A stretch of 59,934 nucleotides of DNA, the filler included, from Porpidia crustulata (Eukaryota): assembly GCA_964255105.1 (NCBI GenBank). It is 8 parts of 8 records of this genome, joined end to end, with 100 filler letters (N's around TTAATTAATTAA, not from the genome) between each part and the next. Parts side by side here need not be neighbours in the genome. Positions count along the whole stretch, not along the records: positions 45,051 to 52,445 come from CAXUWE010001334.1; positions 52,546 to 59,934 come from CAXUWE010001335.1; 6 more parts are not named here. The stretch is one strand, 5' to 3'. A program made the translations under genes and the position numbers. A model generated the notes under the pieces. It did no database searches. It was not told the DNA's origin and saw nothing but the letters and a program-made list of their open reading frames with translations. How positions within the stretch are numbered: position 1 is the stretch's first letter; each line of letters opens with the position of its first letter. Shown piece by piece: positions 51,801-59,934 of this stretch.

Positions 51801-52445
51801 TCATTTCGCCCCTTTCCCTTTGGCCTCCGTCTCCCCCAGCTCCCTCACAAACACCTTCACCACTCCCTCGCCCTCACCTTCCCTTCCGTCCTCAAAACCG
51901 GGACTAATCGCCACCGCCAAGTACCTCCCATCCCCGCTAAAACTCAACGCCGCGACACTGGCCGCATACCTCTGATACTGCCTGATCCTTCTCTTTGCCA
52001 CTCCATCCCACAATGCCACGACTCCATCTCCACCGCCGGATGCGAACGTGCCGTGTTTGGGGTGAAACGCCAACGAATTGACGGGGTAGACGACATCAAT
52101 ACCTTCGGCCGAAGTTTGGCGGTGGCACTTGAAAGCGTACTTGCGCGCTTGCGAGGCAGCCGAGGGATCGAACCACTCGACCGCGACGCGGCCTTCGATG
52201 CTGGAGCTGGCGTAGCCGGCGTCGTTGGGCATGCAGGCCACCGCTCTGGTCATGAACTTCAGACTGCTTTCGCGGCGCTGCCAGGGTTCGACCTCGATAT
52301 CGGTGATTGGCGAGGTCGTGGAGGAAGCGGACGTCGCGGCCAAGCTTTCGAGGTCGTAGATGTGGAGCGCGCGGGACGCCATGGCGACGACGAGTTTGGT
52401 GGGGGTCAGGGATAGGGAGAAGGGTTTCGAAGGGAGGGCGATGCG
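51801..52445 (-). CDS. BUB3: Spindle checkpoint WD40 protein Bub3 (5' end cut by contig edge)
   Basis: PWQRRESSLKFMTRAV, SSIEGRVAVEWFD, KYAFKCHR, VYPVNSLAFHP, GTFASGGGDG. Confidence 0.92.
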   Translation of the reverse strand, partial: RIALPSKPFSLSLTPTKLVVAMASRALHIYDLESLAATSASSTTSPITDIEVEPWQRRESSLKFMTRAVACMPNDAGYASSSIEGRVAVEWFDPSAASQARKYAFKCHRQTSAEGIDVVYPVNSLAFHPKHGTFASGGGDGVVALWDGVAKRRIRQYQRYAASVAALSFSGDGRYLAVAISPGFEDGREGEGEGVVKVFVRELGETEAKGKGAK

Positions 52446-52545
52446 NNNNNNNNNNNNNNNNNNNNNNNNNNNNNNNNNNNNNNNNNNNNTTAATTAATTA
52501 ANNNNNNNNNNNNNNNNNNNNNNNNNNNNNNNNNNNNNNNNNNNN
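52446..52545. other. Artificial contig spacer
   Basis: N-TTAATTAATTAA-N, 100 bp. Confidence 0.99.
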
Positions 52546-52659
52546 GTTGTGGGGGAGGAGGCGGTGGAGACATATTTGGCGGTGAAGGAGGCGGAGGGCG
52601 CGAAGTTGGAGGAGATGAATGCGTATGTGCGGAGGCATTGGTTGATTGAGCGGTATTGA
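52546..52659 (+). CDS. 3' end of a FluG/glutamine synthetase I-like protein
   Basis: Translates VVGEEAVETYLAVKEAEGAKLEEMNAYVRRHWLIERY*, which resembles the FluG-type C-terminus (RRxWLxERY). Confidence 0.7.
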   Translation, partial: VVGEEAVETYLAVKEAEGAKLEEMNAYVRRHWLIERY

Positions 52660-53524
52660 TGGAGTTTGGCCTTTTTGGGGGGGGGGTTTCTTGGATCAGC
52701 TAGATAGTGGGATTGGTGGTTGCGAGATGGGTTTTATGTGGAAGGTTGTTGGATAGCATAGTCCATGGTCCGAGCTTTGAATTGATAGTATGGGGTTTCA
52801 GCTGGCTGGGTGATTCGTCGATATCTACCACCCCCCCTCCCTCCTTGAATCAAATGACCGCCACATCACCTCATTTAAGTGTACATGACGGTTACATCCG
52901 CAGCAAAGTCTTCAATGTCGAAGAAAGATACAAGGATTCGGCGACTCGACGGTCGTGATGATCGCGGTCCCTGTTGATTCGGTCTTTCTCCAGCCCTGTG
53001 GTTTGACCGTCTTGTTCGCCGACAGTCCTGGGTCTAGCCTGATAGTGATATCTTGCGATGTAGACTGGTGACTTTGGTGGTCGATAGTTGCATCATGCCG
53101 CCATGATGCTCACCAATGGGGGGTGGGGGTACCTACTAAAAGTCGCTGTAGCGAAAAGCGGTACTTTACCACGTCAAAAACACGCGGAATTGGATATATA
53201 TATAGATAGATATATATTGATATGGGGCCATGATTCCGACTTGATAGGTTCCTTATTGTTGCCAAGCAGCTACTTGGATGTTTACATTGTTGCGAAGCCG
53301 AAAGCTCTGAAACGAAGGACACGTATGGCAGCCATCTCTCGGGTTCGAGGGAGACTAGTAGAAGCCATAGCAAGCCGCGAACCCTCTTTGAAGAACTCTC
53401 CCTCATCGTCGGTTGATCGTTTAATTCAACATAAAAAAGAATATAGACAGGTAATCCACCTGCTCGCATACAGTAAACGTCGGGAGCTTGCTGATATCCT
53501 CCCTCTCTGTCCTTGCCCTCATAT

Positions 53525-55153
53525 TCATATTCTTTTCCAGCTCCACCCACACTGCACATATCGTGCCGCAATCAAGAACACGCATCCAATTCCCATTGCG
53601 ATACCGCAGAAAAGCTGCAAGTATAGATATCCGCCTCCGTTCTTGGTAATCAATGCGCCAGCAATCGGATTCCCGGTCAGCACCGCAATGCCAATGATGC
53701 TGAAACTGGTACCCATGCGCATCCCGATCTCATCTACTTCGGAGATCTCTTGAACTAGGGCCGGGGCCATGGAGACGAAGGTGCCGGAGGTGCAGCCAAA
53801 GAGGGCCGAGAAGACGTACGTTGGCGTTGGGCTGCTAGCTGGGATCCAGAGGGCCAGCACAAGGACGGTCGAGAGGAATGTGGTGATGATCATGATGTTG
53901 AACCGCCCTATAACGTCACCGAGCCAACCTGGGATGATGCGGCCGATAACGCTGAAAGAGATCCTCCTTAGTAGGATAGCATTGGTGCAGGATTGATGAA
54001 AGAATGAGAAGCAAAAGGAAATGACCATTAGAGAGCTAGAGAACGCGAAGGACGCTTACCTTACGCCGTTGAGAATTGCGATCTGCTAGTTCGCCATGTC
54101 TGGTGTCATCCCGTTATACTCAGCCGAGAGGATGATGAAGTTGAAGGGTATAAAAAGACCCCAGAAGAAGAAGAAGCTACCTATGGCGTTAAGCAGAAAT
54201 AGGCGCTCACGCAGTGGCCGAACAAATGCTTTCAATTCCCACGGTTTGGGCTTCGGACGCGTGCGAGCCTTGAGGATGCCCATGGCAAGAAATAATACAA
54301 ATAGAAACATGAAAGCGCATATTCGCATCGTCCACCCAAAGCCTACTTCTGGGAGCAGACGCGTGACCATGATCCTTCGTCTCAATTCAGCAAAGTGATA
54401 TCCCTTCCGATCTCAAAATCCAAGAGTGCAGCAAAAGCGATGGAAAAGATTGAAGCAACATACGGCAGTAGAAACCCGCTCACACTTGCTCCCGACGCCA
54501 CAATTCCATACGCCAGCGCTCTTTTGCGTAGAAACCATGTGCCAATGACGTTGTTGCCGGCATAGAAGACAGCTGCCGCGCCAAGTGCACTGCACAGGGA
54601 CTGCGCGAGGAAAAACTGGTAGAATTCTTGCGCCAGGGAGGCCATCATGAGCCCCAGTACATGTGCGGCCGTACCGCCGTACAACAGAGGCGCGGGGCCA
54701 TAGTTGTCGTATATTTTGCCGAAGAGTGGAGCAGAGATGTACATCATGCTCGTCTGGTCGAATGTCCGTTATTAGCTAGCAGCTCGTTTCACGCCTTATC
54801 TTGGCTGAGAGGATCTCCCAACAATTGGGACAAGGCTGGACTCTGATATATACTTCAACAGAAGTGATCCAGGCGATCGTGCTGGGCGTATAGTTCCTCA
54901 GCTGATCGGTCTGGTAGTGGCTCTGAAATATCCCAATGCAGTCCACCCAGCCGAAGCTGGTAAAGAGTACACACCAACCACCGAAGACAGCCGACCAGGC
55001 CGCAAGCCCACCATCTGGGATACCGGCCGAGTCGAGATCGAGGGTGGAGTAGGCGGTGTCGTCGGCGGCGGCGGCATTGGCGATGGACTCCTCATCTAAT
55101 GGTTTCTCCAGGCCAATTCCAGCGGGAGATCGCTCGGGGGAGGAGGGGGCCAT
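53525..55153 (-). CDS. MFS monocarboxylate-permease-like transporter (MCH family)
   Basis: IPDGGLAAWSAVFGGW, GIFQSHYQ, TWFLRKRALAYGI, GFGWTMR, GRIIPGWLGDVIGRFN, GNPIAGAL; several introns. Confidence 0.9.
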
Positions 55154-55832
55154 CGAGGGCTAAGGACCAATGAAGGATGGAGACATGAACTGAGCAAAGA
55201 AAAAGCTCTGAATTGTTGTGGATGGGGAGCGATATTCCGCCATGGTATGGGAAGCAGAGAACTGGATTCTGCATAAGGAACACAAACTTCCCGGACCACT
55301 ATTCCCTCGCGTCAACCTCCTTACCTGCCTCGAGGCCGGTCCCGCATGAACGGCAAAGTAAGTACAGACACGCCATATCATCTTACAGGCGGGGGGCATA
55401 TTTTCCCCCAGCTGCACATCGGAGCCTGCGCTTTCACGCAGGCCGACCTGCAGCCCTAAACATTGCTTACTCAGAACGGAACAGAACCGGAGTATCGAAT
55501 GTGCAGGCTGCAGACCTGGAGTCGCTGGCAATATCGACGATCATGCCAAGAAAAGATCTGGACATTGTTAACTATGACGCTATCCCGAATTTCACGACCT
55601 GGTGTCGGTAGGAACTTGGGGTTTGGTTGAGATACCCGCATACCTATCACGATATAGAATGAGTATAGTCCTGAGTATAGCCTCGATGATAAATCCATGT
55701 GCTTTAGTATCTCATTCTTGAATCAATTTGTAATCTAATGCATATAAGACTGTATCGAGTAAAATCTATCTCTATCAAACTCGATAACGTATCGTCCTCA
55801 TCCTAATGGTTGTATCTGTTGCCATGCTGAAT

Positions 55833-57295
55833 TCAAGCATTTTGGAAGTTTACCTCCGCTTTCGAAGCCACCAGCACTCTCATCACTTCCATGACTGTAT
55901 TCGACTCTGCATCGTCTATGGTATTGATGAGCCGGGAACCATTCGCTACATCGTTCTGGCGCACTATGTCTGCCTGCTTTAATGTGTGTCTGGCCGTACG
56001 GTCTAAGTCCGAGACTACTAAGTAGTGCGGAACACTCGACGCGCTCCTCTGTGGAAAGATCGAACCGTAGTGATGCGAATCCAAGCTTGCAGATTGGTTC
56101 CTGTTCAGATGTTGAGTGTGCGCGTCGAAATTTTCGTGCGGTAGCTCATAACATGCGTCGGCGACCGACGAGTTCGTAGTGAAGTATGAAAGGTCATGCA
56201 CATCATGAACGGAGTCGGGCGAGTGGTTGAAGATGTCGTCCAACTCGGTGGTTTTCGACAGGTTCCACGGATTTGAGAATTCGGGTATGGATATGTCGTC
56301 CAGGGAAGAGCCAAAATCTGTTAACCAGTCATCGGTTGGTTCAAGAACGGGTGCATGACTATCAATAGCCATGAAGTCGCAGGAATTATTTCGTGGCACC
56401 TCACGGTTCGCGCAGACACCCGCTTGATCCGAGGCAGCTTTGGGTGGCTTTGATTGGCATTGCGGACAGCATGGAGGTAAAGCCGAAGGAGTAGAGGCGT
56501 GCTTGCCACTGAGAACGGTATAACTGGGAGCTGGGAATTAGTACAACTTGAATGCAATACGCTGTGGTTCTCTCACTGGTTTTTGACGTTATTCGTAGAC
56601 CTCGTCGGAAAGTGAGTCATCTGTATGTCTTTCTAGCTGCTTCCATGCGTTGCAACAGCTGCTCTGAGCAAATGGTTCTGCTTGTGTTTAGCAAGAACAT
56701 CGTAATTGAGGCTGAAGGAAACTCGCTTCGTCCTCCGTCCATGCTTGCCGCTCAAGCCCGGATCTAAGCAATGATTCCAGCGCTTCGAACACTCTATATT
56801 TTTCTAAGGTGAGTGTCGAGATCTGGGCATGCAGAAAAGACACACGTACGGTCCGCACTACGGTTCTCCATTTTCTGCGCTATCACAGCCCACGAGGCAC
56901 CACATTCCTCTAAATATGCTTTCAATCTTGAGTCTTCTTCTTTGGTCCAAGAACCCTGCAACACAACATGAGAGCCGCAATACTATCACATTCACAGTGA
57001 AAATTGTGCCTTACTTTTTTCAGGTCTGCTACCATGTTGTTGTAGTAGCGCTTGCGGCAGTCCTTGTTGTTGCGATCTGGAATGTTCTTCGCGATCTGAT
57101 TCCAATTGACTGTACGACCTTTACCGGCCGGGGCTGTCTCTGTAGTCAGTCGACTGTGGTGACTGAGCTTATAGCGTAGATGAGGATACCCAGGGCTCTG
57201 GGCCGTCACATACTCGGTAATTGTATCCTAAAGCCTTCACGGAGTATCTTGTCTTCTTCCGATGTCCACCTTCGCTGTTGTTGCGCTTTCGACAT
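55833..57295 (-). pseudogene. Three-repeat Myb transcription factor, probable pseudogene
   Basis: R1 RRWTSEEDKIL...NWNQIA..RNNKDCRKRY; R2 SWTKEEDSRL...CSKRWNHCLDP; a frameshift near 56757 (LERQAWTEDE is out of frame); TAG at 56633-35 where the R3 Trp is expected (HGSS*KDIQ). Confidence 0.78.
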
Positions 57296-58295
57296 TGCCC
57301 GTGATGGTGCTGTGAATCTATTGTATCAGGCTGCGATCACCAAATTGATGGAGGGGCTGAAGATTGAAAATTCTGAAGCAACGATTAAGTCATGGCTTAA
57401 CCCGTCTTAAATCTAGAACACGGGAAATTACAATGTCTAATAGCAGCAGTATAGATTAGGACATCTGCCACCAGCATATGTTGCTTCTAACGGCGACTTC
57501 TCGTACCGCTTGCACAGGTTCTCCCAGGGATTAGCCTTAGGGGGACTGACCGACTGAAGGAAGTATGTGTATCTCGCATGCTTCTGCTGGCCGCCATCTG
57601 GTATCTCAGCCCTGCTCACCGTCAAGCAGAATATCACGTAAGGTCCTTCCCAGCATTATTAATTCGTACGATACAACCACGCATCGCGTGAACCTAGCTG
57701 ATATGGCACAGAGACCACACGTTGTGCGGGTGGGAGTAAAATATGGTCGATATGAAGATCTACAGATCAAGGTTAGCTCAAGCGCAATCCGGAAGAGCTA
57801 GGCTAGGCAGTGTTACCCGGGCGGCCCGTTACTTAGACTCCGCGTGGTGGCGTGGTGGCGATGGTCATGTTGGGTTCGATTCCGAACAGCGCTGATGTAA
57901 CACTCACTTACTCGTATAAACTGCCAGTCCGGCCAAGCTGGATTTAAATCAATCGTGTAACCCTAACCCTTGGCACGGTGGCGATAAGACCTACAACCAC
58001 TTCTAATCATTTCCTCGCCCTCCGTCACGCACACGATAATTTGGATCGTCGTTGGCTGTTCCTATACTCTGGGCTGTACCACGCAGCAAACGGGCATTGA
58101 ACTGCGGTCCGGCTCCATAGCTGGCCCAGAGTGATAGTCTACTCGCAGCTTCCATAGGCCCAGAGCTTTCATGGAGCCAGAAGTCTATAAGCAACAAACA
58201 CTTAGACGATAAACCCGGGATAACATCACCGCTGGCTCCTTTTATGGAATTTCTGCACTTTCAAAGGCATCGTCAGTACCATCCAGAAATTCACT

Positions 58296-59169
58296 ATGCT
58301 CCGCGGTACTCTTCTTGCATTCCTGGCCCTCTCAGTTCTTATGTCAGGGATCCCCGTAGGTCACGCCTACCTTCCTAAGTGTAGCGCTACCAGCGGCCCA
58401 TGCAAATGTCCCCATGGCGTTACTTTCAAGAATTTAACCAGCTACTCCATTATCGGCGCCTCAGCAATCGATATTCAAAAGATAATGGATAACTGTGCGC
58501 TCTTGCAACAGCTCTCTTTTCCCCGGCAAGTGGGCTTACTGCAGGCAGTCTTTGATTCCGAGTGGCAGATCGGCCTCAACCCTTACAAAACTACGGGCGA
58601 AAAGAATGCCGTGGGTGCCACACGTACCTACAACTTTACCTTACCAAATGGCTATTTTATCTTTGAGGAAACGGTAAACCGCGCAATCATAGGGTCTACA
58701 TCGACATCTCCGCTCACAAAGTAAGCAAACGGCACAAAACAAATCCGCCGATGGCTCTTCTATCTTCGGTGTCGCACAAGCTCCTGGTCAGACACCCTCT
58801 CGAAAATAACAAGCAAGAATGCAAACCTAACACTGCACAGAACCCAAGGTCGTCACAGTCCCCAGCGTGGGAGAGTTCCACGGCGAATGGAGCATCATCG
58901 TTGTCCAGCAGACTGTCGTGGCCAACGAGACAGCCATCAGCTGGAATAACTGGCGGTGCGACGTAGGGACACCTTACGGTATGTATTTCTCAACGTTTTC
59001 GAGCCGTTGTCTAGCTTAAAGACGAATTTGTTGATACTCAACCACAGACGCTGCGGCGGAGCATGAAAGCTCGCTGGGGAATGTATCGTCTATCCTTCGA
59101 AAGACAGGCAAGCTCACAGGTGTCGACGTTGCGCCATTCACTACTGTCTACACTGTGAGGGCCGACTAG
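58296..59169 (+). CDS. Secreted protein with a Cys-rich N-terminus, possibly SRPBCC/Bet v1-like, multi-exon
   Basis: Signal peptide, LPKCS..GPCKCP, TTGEKNAVGATRTYNF; later exons FHGEWSIIVVQQTVVANETAISWNNWRC and EHESSLGNVSSIL...RAD*. Confidence 0.6.
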
Positions 59170-59934
59170 ATCAAAGAGTGATTGGAACGGTCAAACGCTA
59201 ATTGACTCAACGTTTTGAGAATCCTGGGACGTATTGTACGTAATCGGGGGATGCGTATCTGTAGCATCCATATAATCACCGATGCAACTCTGGATTATGA
59301 CCCACTTTCTGGAAACTGGCCTTCATGTCTTAGGTGATAGACGGTGATTTGGTTGTAGACAGAGAGGCGCGAGTTCCAAGAAAATTCTTGTCGACAAACG
59401 ACCAAGCAGGTGAGCAAGCTGTTGTGCCCACCATCCTTCTAGAATGGTACCCGTGGCTTGTTTCTACCTCCCTCGTGCCATCAAACATCAATCATCGAGC
59501 TCCCCCACCATCGGGGAAATCAAGATATCCCGGAAAAGGCATCTTCGAGAGTATCTGCCTACCCATACTTACCCCCTAGAAGGCGAGTATGTAAGTAATA
59601 TAGCAACTGCCAGCCATCTAGGCAAACCCCAGAGTCAAACGTACAGTTCTGCAGACGCTTCCTTGCCCTCCACGACTTCATCTATGCATGAGAGACCTCG
59701 ATGGGACGACGATTTGATGAACGCAGCGTTCTGGGAAGTTGGGAAGACCCACGTAAGTGGCGGTTCCACATGGATGTGTGCGGTCATAGCTTAGCGTGTC
59801 TAGTGTTAGCCTTCTTGATAATTAGTTGCTTGACATTTCTATAATCCGGGGGAATAATTGTTAGTACACTCGCTTAGACCCCCTGCTAGCGTCTGATCTT
59901 CAATGCCAGAATACTCGATCCCTAACTCAGCAAA

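Noticed and set aside
7420..52545. Regularly spaced TTAATTAATTAA motif as a biological repeat or array
   Set aside because: It is always embedded in N runs of fixed length, so it is a synthetic six-frame-stop linker.
57958..57970. TAACCCTAACCCT as the telomerase RNA template or a telomere
   Set aside because: There are only two units, internal to the contig. A protein gene starts about 330 nt downstream on the same strand, leaving little room for a long filamentous-fungal telomerase RNA.

Overview
Intron-containing DNA from a filamentous ascomycete (Pezizomycotina), not a prokaryote. The window is not one locus. It is eight separate contigs of about 7.4 kb, sorted by decreasing length (7419, 7418, 7414, 7405, 7399, 7395, 7395, 7389 bp) and joined by artificial 100-bp N-TTAATTAATTAA-N spacers, so no gene neighbourhood crosses a spacer. 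Most content is housekeeping: ALG13, RSM24, a HAD hydrolase, a small spliced DUF4536/DMAC1-like gene missed by the ORF track, an AP-3 mu-like adaptin, MCC beta, RO10, SHO1, an amidase, YME1, a GH5 steryl-glucosidase, SKI3, SAL1, SSN8, BUB3 and a FluG-like 3' end. There are also transcription factors, transporters, an OSGIN-like flavoprotein and a PTH11-like membrane protein. The most interesting region is contig 4 (22552-29956), which looks like the collapsed relic of a PKS-NRPS hybrid secondary-metabolite cluster. It holds an open FUS2/PsoB-like alpha/beta-hydrolase, a divergent Zn2Cys6 regulator whose 3' part runs directly into the last ~240 aa of a PKS-NRPS terminal reductase domain, and a P450 pseudogene whose lesions all sit at TpA, as RIP-type mutation would produce. 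Contig 8 has a three-repeat Myb pseudogene. All family assignments come from motif recognition only; no searches were run.
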